Positions 1 to 8,502 of a DNA stretch of 33,234 nt are shown piece by piece. This DNA is from Gemmatimonadota bacterium. GTDB lineage: Bacteria; Gemmatimonadota; Gemmatimonadetes; Longimicrobiales; RSA9. The translations under genes and the position numbers were made by a program. Numbering within the stretch: position 1 is the stretch's first letter; each line of letters opens with the position of its first letter. The stretch covers positions 20,658-53,891 of the forward strand of contig JBBDRO010000020.1 of the NCBI GenBank assembly GCA_040905425.1, read 5' to 3'. The notes under the pieces are model-generated. The model was not told where the DNA came from and did not search any database. It saw nothing but the letters and a program-made list of their open reading frames with translations.

Positions 1-1
1 C

Positions 2-46
2 CATGCGCTGCTGAAGGACATCGGCCAGTGGGAGATGAAGCTGTGA
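2..46 (+). CDS. 3' end of upstream gene, probably 5'/3'-nucleotidase SurE (partial)
   Basis: Open frame HALLKDIGQWEMKL* ending at TGA 44-46 directly upstream of pcm. The identity rests only on the conserved surE-pcm gene order. Confidence 0.45.
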   Translation, partial: HALLKDIGQWEMKL

Positions 47-112
47 GCGGGGCCGTCCGTGGCCGCTGAAGGAGCCGGGCCGGTGAGCGGGGGCGTCCGT
101 GGGCGCTGAGGG
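43..112 (+). repeat. Imperfect tandem duplication (30-bp copies, 40-bp period) at the surE/pcm junction
   Basis: gtgagcggggccgtccgtggccgctgaagg (43-72) versus gtgagcgggggcgtccgtgggcgctgaggg (83-112), 27/30 identical. Confidence 0.85.
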
Positions 113-767
113 CTTCCCTCCGGAGGAGCGCCGCTGGGAGCGCCAGCGCCGCCGGCTCGTGGAGACGGTCACAGAAACCGGGATCTCGGACCTGGAAGTG
201 CTGCGTGCGCTCTTTGTGACGCCGCGCCATCATTTCCTGCCCGAGGCGGTCCGCCACCGTGCCTACGAGGACGCTCCGGTGCCCATCGGCTTCGGCCAGA
301 CGGCGTCGCAGCCCTCGCTGCAGGCGCTCTACCTGCAGACCCTCGGGCTCGGACCCGACGACCGGGTACTCGAGGTCGGCACCGGCTGCGGCTACCAGAC
401 GGCGCTGCTGGCGCAGGTGGCGGGGCACGTCTACTCCGTGGAGCGCATCCGGGAGCTGTCCGCGCGGGCACGCGACGCGCTGGACGCGCTGCGGGTGGCC
501 AACGTGGCGCTCTTGGTGGGCGACGGCACCATCGGCTGGTCCCGCTACGCGCCTTACGATGCCATCCTGGTGGCGGCGGGGGCACCGGATGTGCCGTCCT
601 CCCTGGTGGAGCAGCTGGCCCCGGGTGGGCGCATGCTGGTGCCCCTGGGGGATCGCGACGCGCAGCGGCTCACGCTGGTCACGCGCAGGGAGGACGGCGT
701 CACCCGCGAGGCGCTGGTGGACTGCACGTTCGTACCACTCATCGGCCGTTTCGGCTGGCAAGACTGA
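99..767 (+). CDS. pcm: Protein-L-isoaspartate O-methyltransferase
   Basis: PIMT motifs AYEDAPVPIGFGQTASQP, VLEVGTGCGYQTA, GDGTIGW..APYDAILV and FVPLIG. Confidence 0.95.
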   Translation: MGAEGFPPEERRWERQRRRLVETVTETGISDLEVLRALFVTPRHHFLPEAVRHRAYEDAPVPIGFGQTASQPSLQALYLQTLGLGPDDRVLEVGTGCGYQTALLAQVAGHVYSVERIRELSARARDALDALRVANVALLVGDGTIGWSRYAPYDAILVAAGAPDVPSSLVEQLAPGGRMLVPLGDRDAQRLTLVTRREDGVTREALVDCTFVPLIGRFGWQD

Positions 768-835
768 ACGACGGACGCTCCGGCGTCCCATGCATGTGAC
801 ACGCCGCCCCCTGCGGGCGGCGTACTGGAGAAGGT

Positions 836-1483
836 ATGGAATGGATCGCGGCGCTGGTGGACTTCATCTTCCACATCGACGTCCACCTGGACGAGATCAT
901 CCGCGCATACGGCCTGTGGACGTACGCCATCCTCTTTGCCATCGTCTTCGTGGAGACGGGGCTGGTGATCATGCCGTTCCTGCCGGGGGACTCGCTCCTC
1001 TTCGCGGCCGGCACCTTCGCCGCGCGCGGGTCGCTGAACCCGGGCACCCTGACGGGCCTGCTCATCGTGGCGGCGGTCCTGGGGGACACGGTGAACTACT
1101 GGATCGGCCACTTCCTGGCCCCGCGCATCTCCACCGGCCGTGTCCGCTTCGTGAACCAGCAGCACCTGGCGCGCACGCACGCCTTCTTCGAGAAGCACGG
1201 CGGCAAGACCATCGTGCTGGCGCGCTTCATCCCCATCGTGCGCACCTTCGCGCCGTTCGTGGCGGGCGTGGGCGCCATGGACTACGCCAGATTCCTGGCC
1301 TACAACGTGGGCGGCGCCATCGCGTGGGTGTGCCTCTTCGTGTGGGCCGGCTACTTCTTCGGCAACATCCCCACGGTGGAAGAGAACTTTACGCTGGTCA
1401 TCATGGCCATTATCCTGCTTTCCGTGCTTCCCGGCGTGGTGGAGTGGCTCCGCTCGCGCCGCCACCGGCCGTCCCCTCGCTAG
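836..1483 (+). CDS. DedA family membrane protein
   Basis: FVETGLVIMPFLPGDSLLF, LGDTVNYWIG and ARFIPIVRTFAPFVAG motifs; GGAGAAGG RBS upstream. Confidence 0.95.
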   Translation: MEWIAALVDFIFHIDVHLDEIIRAYGLWTYAILFAIVFVETGLVIMPFLPGDSLLFAAGTFAARGSLNPGTLTGLLIVAAVLGDTVNYWIGHFLAPRISTGRVRFVNQQHLARTHAFFEKHGGKTIVLARFIPIVRTFAPFVAGVGAMDYARFLAYNVGGAIAWVCLFVWAGYFFGNIPTVEENFTLVIMAIILLSVLPGVVEWLRSRRHRPSPR

Positions 1484-1484
1484 A

Positions 1485-3620
1485 GTGCTGATGACCTCGA
1501 TCCCATTTCAGGCGACGTCCCCGCGCATCCTCCGCGGCGCCCGTGCCGCCACGGCCGGCGCCCTGCTCCTGGCGGCGCTGGCCGCGCCGCCCGCCGGCAC
1601 CGCCGCCCAGACCGTCCCCGACTCGGTCCTGGCCGGCGACACCCTGCGCGTGCGCGTCACCCGTGACCCCCTGGGCCTCAGCCAGCTGCCGGCCGCTGTG
1701 TCGGTGCTCCGCGGCCAGGCGCTGCAGGCACGCCGCTCCGGCGCCGACCCCGGCGATGTGCTGCGCGGTGTCCCCGGGCTCCTGGTGGCCGATCGGCACG
1801 CCCCCTCGCTGGGCCCGCGCGTGGTGCTGCGCGGCTTCGGCGCCCGTGCCTCCTTCGGCGTGCGCGGTATCCGGGTGCTGCTGGACGGCATCCCCCTCAC
1901 CATGCCGGACGGGCAATCCGACCTCTCCATCATGGACGCCGGCTCGGCGGGCCGGGTGGAGGTGCTGCGCGGACCCGCCGGAGCGCTCTACGGCAACGCC
2001 GCCGGCGGCGTGCTGGCCATCGAGACGGAGCGCCCCCCACCCGGGGACTTCTCCGCCGCGCTCGCGGTGGCGGCCGGGGATCGCGGCCGCGGCATGGACG
2101 ACGCCACCAACCTGCGCCGGACCCACCTGAAGGTGGGCGGCCACACCGCCAGCTGGGGCTGGCTGGCCAGCGGCTGGGAACAGCGCGAGCGCGGCTTCCG
2201 CGAGCACGGGGCGGCGGAGCGGCGTGGCCTCACGGCCATGGGCCGCCGCGCGCTCGCGGACGGCGTCCTCTCGCTCACGCTGCACGCGCTGGACGCGCCG
2301 GTGGCCCAGGCACCCGGCTCGCTCCCGCGCGACACAGCATGGCAGCGCCCGGAGGCCGCCTGGCCGAACAACGTGCGCACGGGGAGCGGTGAGTCCGCCC
2401 GCCAGCTCCAGGGCGGCGCCGCCTGGCGCGGCCCCGTGGCCGCGGGGCAGGGAGAGGCCACGGCGTGGGCCCTCGGCCGCACGGTCGAGAGCGCCCTGCC
2501 GTTCGCCTGGATCGACCTCAGCCGGCGGGGCGGGGGCGCCCGCGCTGCATGGGCCACCGGCAGCGCACGCGCCGACCTCACGCTGGGGCTGGAGGCCGAG
2601 GCGCAGCGGGACGAGCGCGTGGAGCGCCCCAACCAGGAGGGTCGGCCGGGCTCCGAGATCCTGCGTGACCAGGTGGATCGCGTCACCACCGTGGCGCCCT
2701 TCGCGCGTGCGCGGCTGGCGTTCGGCACCCGCGTGGAAGCCAGCGCGGGCCTGCGCTGGGACCGCATCCGCTTCAGCACGCGCGACGCGCACCTGGCCGA
2801 CGGCCGCGACGACAGCGGCAACCGCACCTTCGACGCGCTGAGTCCCTCGGCCGCACTGGCCGTGGACCTGGGCCAGGCCGGCGGCGGCTGGGTGTCCGTG
2901 ACCACGGCCTTCCAGACGCCCACCACCACCGAGCTCATCAACGCCCCGCCCGCGGCGGGCGAGCCCTGTTGCCCCGGCGGCTTCAACACCGGACTGGAGC
3001 CGCAGCGGGCCGTGGGCGTGGAGGCCGGCTGGCGGGGCGGCGCGAATCCGGCGCTCGAGGTGGTGGCCTACGGCGCCACGGTCACCGACGCACCGGTGCC
3101 CTTCCAGGTGGCGGCGGCGCCGGGCCGCGAGTTCTATCGCAGCGCCGGTGAGGTCCGGCACCGCGGCGTGGAAGCGGCCGCGGCGCTCGTGCGGGGCCGC
3201 TGGACGGCGCGTCTGGCCTACGGGCTGGGTGACTTTGAGTTCGTGGACGACGGCCTGCCGGAGGAAGATTTCGAGGGCAACCGGCTGCCCGGGGCGCCGC
3301 TCCACCGGCTGGAGGCCGACGTGAGCGCCACGGTGACCGGGGGCCTGGTGCTGCAGCTGGAGGCCGAGCACAGCGCCGGGCTCTACGCCGACGACGCCAA
3401 CGAGGCGTCCGTTCCCGCGCTCACCCTGCTCGACCTGCGTGCCTCCTGGGACGGCCGGGTGGGCCGCACCTCCATCACCCCGTGGGTGGCGGTGCGCAAC
3501 GCCACCGACCGGCACCACATCGGTTCCGTGGTAGTGAACGGCTTCGGCGGGCGCTACTACGAGCCGGCGCCGGGCCGCCACGTGGAGGCGGGGCTCACGG
3601 CGGCCGTGGGGGGCTGGTAG
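1485..3620 (+). CDS. TonB-dependent receptor, YncD/PqqU-like
   Basis: Signal peptide; plug motif RGFGARASFGVRGIRVLLDGIPLTMPDGQ...VEVLRGPAGALYGNAAGGV; C-terminal RYYEPAPGR and terminal Trp. Start may be ATG 1491. Confidence 0.9.
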   Translation: MLMTSIPFQATSPRILRGARAATAGALLLAALAAPPAGTAAQTVPDSVLAGDTLRVRVTRDPLGLSQLPAAVSVLRGQALQARRSGADPGDVLRGVPGLLVADRHAPSLGPRVVLRGFGARASFGVRGIRVLLDGIPLTMPDGQSDLSIMDAGSAGRVEVLRGPAGALYGNAAGGVLAIETERPPPGDFSAALAVAAGDRGRGMDDATNLRRTHLKVGGHTASWGWLASGWEQRERGFREHGAAERRGLTAMGRRALADGVLSLTLHALDAPVAQAPGSLPRDTAWQRPEAAWPNNVRTGSGESARQLQGGAAWRGPVAAGQGEATAWALGRTVESALPFAWIDLSRRGGGARAAWATGSARADLTLGLEAEAQRDERVERPNQEGRPGSEILRDQVDRVTTVAPFARARLAFGTRVEASAGLRWDRIRFSTRDAHLADGRDDSGNRTFDALSPSAALAVDLGQAGGGWVSVTTAFQTPTTTELINAPPAAGEPCCPGGFNTGLEPQRAVGVEAGWRGGANPALEVVAYGATVTDAPVPFQVAAAPGREFYRSAGEVRHRGVEAAAALVRGRWTARLAYGLGDFEFVDDGLPEEDFEGNRLPGAPLHRLEADVSATVTGGLVLQLEAEHSAGLYADDANEASVPALTLLDLRASWDGRVGRTSITPWVAVRNATDRHHIGSVVVNGFGGRYYEPAPGRHVEAGLTAAVGGW

Positions 3621-3629
3621 AGAGGAATC

Positions 3630-3658
3630 TTTCGCTGGGCGTCGTGGGTGCATATGTT
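3630..3658 (+). promoter_or_regulatory. Possible sigma70-type promoter for the downstream hypothetical gene
   Basis: TTTCGC (3630-3635), 17-bp spacer, TATGTT (3653-3658). Confidence 0.35.
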
Positions 3659-3745
3659 TTTACTGGTTCGGCAGGGTGCCCGCGCCCGATCGTCGGCGGC
3701 GCCCGGGAGCTGGACGCTTCAACCCTCTCATCCCAGGATCTGCGC

Positions 3746-4219
3746 GTGCGCGAGGACAGCGTTCCCCTGCCACCCGTGACGGGCGGCCAGCGTGACTTGC
3801 CGCCGGACGGCAATCAGCGGCCGGTGCCTCCGTTCGTGGCGTCGGCGGTGGAGGACGGTGTGCGCGAGGACGTAGCGCTCCCGGAGGGCGAGGAGCCCGA
3901 AGGCCACGCCGGCTTTGCCTGGGGTGATGACGGGGAGGAGGATCCAGCCCTGACGGCGGAACTGGCGCGCCGGGGCACGGATGCCTTCCCCATGGACGCC
4001 TTCATCATCCCCGAGGAAGCGGACCGCCTGCCCACGCCCAGTGAGGTGTTCGCCTCCCGGGAGCTCACGCAGGACCTGGCCCGGCGCCTCCACGCCTTTG
4101 CCGATGCGCTGGAGGCGGATGGCCACGACGCCGTCCGGCGTGCCCTGGATGACGGGGACCGCTTCGAGTCCCTCCTGGCCGGCTTCGTGGCCGGCTACCT
4201 GGCCGCCCAGAGCGGCTGA
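3746..4219 (+). CDS. Hypothetical acidic protein (start uncertain)
   Basis: 3' part of ORF 3482..4219, with GC3-rich codons and a natural-looking C-terminus (FPMDAFIIP...LLAGFVAGYLA). GTG 3746 chosen because the ORF's 5' part overlaps the receptor gene. Confidence 0.6.
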   Translation: MREDSVPLPPVTGGQRDLPPDGNQRPVPPFVASAVEDGVREDVALPEGEEPEGHAGFAWGDDGEEDPALTAELARRGTDAFPMDAFIIPEEADRLPTPSEVFASRELTQDLARRLHAFADALEADGHDAVRRALDDGDRFESLLAGFVAGYLAAQSG

Positions 4220-4286
4220 GGCCGGCGGATCTTCCCCTCCCATGACGGGTTCTATTGCGAGCGCCCGCATCCGCGAGCGCCGATGG

Positions 4287-4360
4287 GCGCCCATAGCTCA
4301 GGTGGATAGAGCGCGGGATTCCTAATCCCGAGGCCCCTGGTTCGAGTCCAGGTGGGCGCA
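4287..4360 (+). tRNA. tRNA-Arg (anticodon CCT)
   Basis: Acceptor stem GCGCCCA/TGGGCGC; D arm GCTCAGGTGGATAGAGC; anticodon arm CGGGA-TTCCTAA-TCCCG (CCT at 4321-4323); T arm CCTGG-TTCGAGT-CCAGG. CCA is not encoded. Confidence 0.97.
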
Positions 4361-4369
4361 TGCACCGAA

Positions 4370-4397
4370 GCCCCGGCGGCATCCGCTCCGCCGGGGC
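4370..4397 (+). terminator. GC-rich hairpin after the tRNA (terminator or processing signal)
   Basis: Perfect 10-bp stem gccccggcgg/ccgccggggc with an 8-nt loop; no U-tract. Confidence 0.5.
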
Positions 4398-4466
4398 CGC
4401 TCCGTCTGGCCCATCCGCCACGGCCACCGTACCTTCGCCAGACCGTCCCCCGAGCCCTCGCACACC

Positions 4467-5807
4467 ATGACCCTGCCGCAACGCATCGGCCTTGCCCTGC
4501 TCGCCGCCCTGGCGCTGGGGGCGCTGATCGCCGCCGTCGACACGCCCGTCCTGAACGCGCTGCCGCCGCTCGTGGAGCCCCTCGGCGCGCTCTGGGTAAA
4601 CGCCATTCGCATGACGGTGGTGCCGCTGGTGGTGGCGCTGGTGATCACCGGCATCGCCTCCGCCCGGGACACGCACACCGTGGGGCGCATCGGTGGTGGG
4701 GCCATCCTCCTGTTCGTGATCTTCATTGCCGCTGTGGCGCTCTTCACGGTGCTGGTGGCCCCACCCCTCCTGATGCTGCTGCCGGTGGACACCGGCGCGC
4801 TCGAGGCCTTCCGGACCACCGCGGCGCAGGCGGGAGCGGCCACCGAGCTCCCCCCCTTCCGGGACTGGCTGGTGGAACTGATTCCGCCCAATCCCATGCA
4901 GGCGGCGGCGGATGGCGCCATGCTGCCGCTGCTGGTCTTCGCCGCGCTCTTCGGCCTGGCGCTGACGCGCACCCGTTCCGCGGGGGCCGGAACCGTGGTG
5001 GCGTTCTTCCAGGGCGTGGTGGACGCCACCTTCGTGCTCGTCCACTGGATCCTGGAGCTGGCGCCCATCGGCGTCTTCGGCCTGGTCCTGCCCCTGGCCG
5101 CCACCCTGGGCGTGGGCGCGGCGGCGGCGTTCGGCGGCTTCGTGGTGCTGGCCGTGGCGCTGGTCCTCGTGGTGAACCTGGCGCTCTATCCCGTCACGGT
5201 GCTGGCGGCGGGCATCCCACTCGGCCGCTTCGCGCGCGGCTGCCTGCCCGCCCAGGTGGTGGGCTTCAGCACGCGCTCCTCGCTGGCTTCGCTGCCGGCC
5301 ATGATCGAGGGCGCCGAGGAGCGCCTGGGCCTGCCCACGCAGGTCACCGGGCTGGCGCTGCCCGCCGCGGTATCGGTCTTCAAATTCGCCTCGCCGGCCG
5401 TGCGCCTCACCGGCACCCTCTTCGTGGCGCGCCTCTACGGCATCGAGCTGGGCGGACTGGAGCTGGCCGTGGTAGCCTCCTCCATCGCGCTGCTCAGCTT
5501 CTACTCCCCCGGCATCCCGAGCGGCGGCCTGTTCGTCATGACGCCGGTCTACCTGGCCTTCGGCCTGCCGGTGGAAGGCATCGGCCTGCTCATTGCTCTG
5601 GACATGATCCCCGACATGTTCATCACCGTGGCCAACGTCACGGCGGACCTCTCGGTGGCCGCCATCCTGACGCGCTGGGTGGGCGTGGACGATCCGGGCG
5701 GGCCGCCGTTGGACTCTCACGCCCTGCAGCCGGCGGCACCCACGGCAACGGCCACGGCCAGGGCGCCGGGCACCACAACGGACGGTTCCGCTGGGGGTGG
5801 CCGATGA
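4467..5807 (+). CDS. Dicarboxylate/amino acid:cation symporter (DAACS/SDF family), atypical motifs
   Basis: Multi-TM protein with IRMTVVPLV, LIPPNP, LAPIGVFGL, FSTRSSLASLP, PGIPSGG and DMFITVANVTAD. Confidence 0.9.
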   Translation: MTLPQRIGLALLAALALGALIAAVDTPVLNALPPLVEPLGALWVNAIRMTVVPLVVALVITGIASARDTHTVGRIGGGAILLFVIFIAAVALFTVLVAPPLLMLLPVDTGALEAFRTTAAQAGAATELPPFRDWLVELIPPNPMQAAADGAMLPLLVFAALFGLALTRTRSAGAGTVVAFFQGVVDATFVLVHWILELAPIGVFGLVLPLAATLGVGAAAAFGGFVVLAVALVLVVNLALYPVTVLAAGIPLGRFARGCLPAQVVGFSTRSSLASLPAMIEGAEERLGLPTQVTGLALPAAVSVFKFASPAVRLTGTLFVARLYGIELGGLELAVVASSIALLSFYSPGIPSGGLFVMTPVYLAFGLPVEGIGLLIALDMIPDMFITVANVTADLSVAAILTRWVGVDDPGGPPLDSHALQPAAPTATATARAPGTTTDGSAGGGR

Positions 5808-6802
5808 GCCCGATGACGCGCATCCGGCAGGGTGCGGCCTTGCCCGTAGCCGCGGCCCTGTGCGCGCTCCTGGCGCCCGCCTCCACCGAGGGCTGGCAAG
5901 CGCCGCCCACATCGGCCGCGACGTGGCAAACGCCGCCCGACTCCGCCACGGCGCGCCAGGCCCCGCCCGACTCCGCCGCGGCGCGCCAGGCAGTGGGGGA
6001 CTCCGCCGCGGCGCACGCGATACCGCCGGCCAGCGTCCGACTGCAGGTGCCTTCAGACCCCGCGCTCGTGCGCCTGCTCACGCGGCCCGCTGCGCCTCAG
6101 GAGGCTCCTGAGCGGAGCACCCGGCGTGGCCTGATCATCGGCGCGGTCGCGGGCGCCGCCGTGGGCCTGGGCATCGGCAGCTTCATTGCCCTCTACTGCG
6201 TTTCGGAAAACGACAGCTGCCCGGGCGCCATCCCGGTGGTCGGGCTGCTGGGCGCCGCGAGCGGGGCGCTGGCCGGTGCCGTGCTCGGGGCGGCCATACC
6301 CGCCCGCGCCCCGCGGGAGCCCGCCACCCCTGATCGGCCAGCCGGGAGCTGGGGGGAGACGGACACGGGCTCGTTCGCCGTGGCCGCCGGCGCTGCCCAT
6401 GCCCGCATCGAGGACGACTCGTCCCTCCTTCACGAAGGCTCGGGATGGAGCGTGCGGGCCGTCTTCCTGGCCGAACTCAAGCCATGGCTGGCCCTGGGGC
6501 CCGAACTGGGCTACGCCTCCTTCGGGGCAGGGGGGGAGGTACGCCAGGGCGCCGCCGCCGTACAGCTCCGCTGGCCAGGCGCACGGATACGCCCATACGT
6601 GGGGGCGCAGCTGGGTGCCTACCAGATGACCCTGCCTTCCCTGGAATTCCTGGGCGGCGGCATTTCAGCGGGTGCGCGCGTGCGCCCCTTCGCGCGCCGC
6701 CGGCACTTCGTGGAGGTGGAGGCGCGCCTCTCCAGCCAGGTGCAGAACATCGCGCCGATGGCCGTCCGCGCGCTCTCGCTCGGCGTGGGCACGGCCTGGT
6801 GA
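5804..6802 (+). CDS. Exported hypothetical protein: Gly-zipper segment plus C-terminal OMP beta-barrel-like domain
   Basis: ATG 5804 overlaps the symporter stop (ATGA). Signal peptide, 10-aa repeats, GAVAGAAVGLGIG helix pair, alternating beta-strands and terminal ..LSLGVGTAW. Confidence 0.7.
   Translation: MSPMTRIRQGAALPVAAALCALLAPASTEGWQAPPTSAATWQTPPDSATARQAPPDSAAARQAVGDSAAAHAIPPASVRLQVPSDPALVRLLTRPAAPQEAPERSTRRGLIIGAVAGAAVGLGIGSFIALYCVSENDSCPGAIPVVGLLGAASGALAGAVLGAAIPARAPREPATPDRPAGSWGETDTGSFAVAAGAAHARIEDDSSLLHEGSGWSVRAVFLAELKPWLALGPELGYASFGAGGEVRQGAAAVQLRWPGARIRPYVGAQLGAYQMTLPSLEFLGGGISAGARVRPFARRRHFVEVEARLSSQVQNIAPMAVRALSLGVGTAW
5894..6013 (+). repeat. Four in-frame 30-bp tandem repeats
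   Basis: Encode WQAPPTSAAT / WQTPPDSATA / RQAPPDSAAA / RQAVGDSAAA. Confidence 0.85.
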
Positions 6803-6823
6803 AGGGCCTGATGGCCCCCGCGT

Positions 6824-6852
6824 TTTCGGGAAGGCGGCCGGTGCTGTAGTTT
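6824..6852 (+). promoter_or_regulatory. Possible promoter giving a leaderless TPM-operon mRNA
   Basis: TTTCGG (6824-6829), 17 bp, TAGTTT (6847-6852); ATG 6859 lies at the expected +1 and has no SD. Confidence 0.35.
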
Positions 6853-6858
6853 AGTGGT

Positions 6859-7731
6859 ATGAAGCGTACCCGTCGGCAGCCTCTCTCCACCCTCGCGGCC
6901 CTGGCCGTGCTGCTCGCCCCGGCCTGGCCGGCCCCGGCGCTGGCCCAGCTGCAGCTCCCCGAACCGGTCGGCTTCGTCAACGACTTTGCCAATGTCATCG
7001 ACGCGGAGACCGAGCGGCAGATCGAGGCCATCATCCAGGAGGTGCGGGCCAAGAGCGGCGGCGAGATCGTGGTGGTCACGCTGCCCTCGCTCGAGGGCAG
7101 ACCGGCGTCCGAGGTGGGCCTGCAAATCGGTCGCGAGTGGGGCATCGGCCAGGCCGGCGAGCCCGGCGACCCCGCGCGCAACACGGGGCTGGTGGTGCTG
7201 GTGGCCCCGAATGATCGTGAGCTACGCATCGAGACGGGCATCGGCACCAACACGTTTCTCACCGCCGCCGAGGCCGGCCGCATCGCCGACGCGTTCATGG
7301 TGCCGGCCTTCCGTGAGGAGAACTACGGTGAGGGCATCCTGCTGGCCGTGGCGGCGCTGGCGGGGGAGTACGCCGAGCGCTTTGATTTCGAGCTGAGCGG
7401 AGACTTCGTGGTGCCCCGGGCGGAGCAGGAGCCCGCGCGGCCCGTTGGCCGGGGCCCGGGCATGGGCTTCGGCGGCCTCGTGGTGCTGCTCATCCTGTTC
7501 GCCGTGATCTTCGGGCGCGGCGGGGGGGGCGGCCGCGGCGGGGGACGGCGCGGCAGCATCGACCCGGTCATGCTGGCCCTGCTCTTCGGTGCCACCCGCG
7601 GCGGCTTCGGCGGGGGTGGCGGGCGCGGCGGCTTCGGGGGCGGTGGCTTCGGTGGGGGTGGCGGCGGCGGCTTCGGCGGCTTCGGCGGTGGGGGTGGTTT
7701 CGGCGGCGGCGGCATCGGAAGGAGCTGGTAG
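6859..7731 (+). CDS. TPM domain protein (YgcG-like) with TM helix and Gly-rich tail
   Basis: GFVNDFANVID, EIVVVTLPSL, WGIGQ..NTGLVVLVAPNDRELRIETG; tail GGFGGFGGGGGFGGGGIGRSW. Confidence 0.93.
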   Translation: MKRTRRQPLSTLAALAVLLAPAWPAPALAQLQLPEPVGFVNDFANVIDAETERQIEAIIQEVRAKSGGEIVVVTLPSLEGRPASEVGLQIGREWGIGQAGEPGDPARNTGLVVLVAPNDRELRIETGIGTNTFLTAAEAGRIADAFMVPAFREENYGEGILLAVAALAGEYAERFDFELSGDFVVPRAEQEPARPVGRGPGMGFGGLVVLLILFAVIFGRGGGGGRGGGRRGSIDPVMLALLFGATRGGFGGGGGRGGFGGGGFGGGGGGGFGGFGGGGGFGGGGIGRSW

Positions 7732-8502
7732 ATGGCAAGCGGCAAGACGGCGGACCCGCGCACGATCGCCACGGAGCTGGCGGGCGCCCTGGGGACGGAA
7801 CTGGGCCAGGAGCTGCACGGCGTGCTCCTCTACGGGTCGGTGGCCCGCGAGGAAGCCGTGCGCGGCATCAGTGACATCAACGTGCTGATCCTGGTGGACA
7901 CGATCGACGGCGCCCTGCTGGCGCGCACCGCCCCCCTGGCGCGCCGCTGGGCGGAGCAGGGCGTCGGCCCGCTCCTCATCGAGGAAGCCGAGTGGCGCCG
8001 TGCCAGTGACGTCTTTGCCATCGAAGTGCTGGACATGCAGGACGCCCACGTCCTGCTGCACGGCCGGGATCCGGTGGCAGGTCTGCGCGTGGACCCCGCA
8101 CAGCTGCGCCTGCAGACCGAGCGGGAGATCCGCGCCCGCCAGGTCCAGTTCCACAACGGCCTGCTGGCGGCCGCCCACGATCCGGCGCACGTGGGGGCGG
8201 TCCTGGCGGGTGCCCTGCCGGCGTTCGTAACCTATCTGCGCGCCGCGCTCCGCCTGGCGGGGCAGACGGTGCCGCGCGCCACGGCCGCCACGATTCAGGC
8301 GGGCGCCGCGCTGGTGGACGCCGACCCGGCCGCGTTCCTGCAGGTACACGAACAGCGTCAGCGGGGGAAACTGCCGTCGATCACACTGGACGATCCGCTC
8401 GTGGCCGGCTTCAATGAGGCAGCCGCCCGGACCGCCCGCTACGTGGACCAGGCCGCGGTGGCCACGGACCCGGTGAACACCCAGGAAGGGAGCTCGACAT
8501 GA
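7732..8502 (+). CDS. Nucleotidyltransferase-fold protein (Pol-beta superfamily)
   Basis: LLYGSVAR...SDINVLILV motif followed by a helical C-terminal domain; abuts the TPM gene and overlaps lemA (ATGA). Confidence 0.8.
   Translation: MASGKTADPRTIATELAGALGTELGQELHGVLLYGSVAREEAVRGISDINVLILVDTIDGALLARTAPLARRWAEQGVGPLLIEEAEWRRASDVFAIEVLDMQDAHVLLHGRDPVAGLRVDPAQLRLQTEREIRARQVQFHNGLLAAAHDPAHVGAVLAGALPAFVTYLRAALRLAGQTVPRATAATIQAGAALVDADPAAFLQVHEQRQRGKLPSITLDDPLVAGFNEAAARTARYVDQAAVATDPVNTQEGSST

Noticed and set aside
4287..4360. tRNA-Arg as an island integration site
   Set aside because: No integrase nearby and no second copy of the tRNA 3' end seen in the window.
4352..5803. N-terminal extension of the 816-aa ORF 4352..6802
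   Set aside because: It is an alternate frame over the symporter; the credible protein starts at ATG 5804 with a signal peptide.
7598..7722. GGC-rich nucleotide repeat
   Set aside because: It is simply the Gly-rich tail typical of TPM/YgcG proteins.
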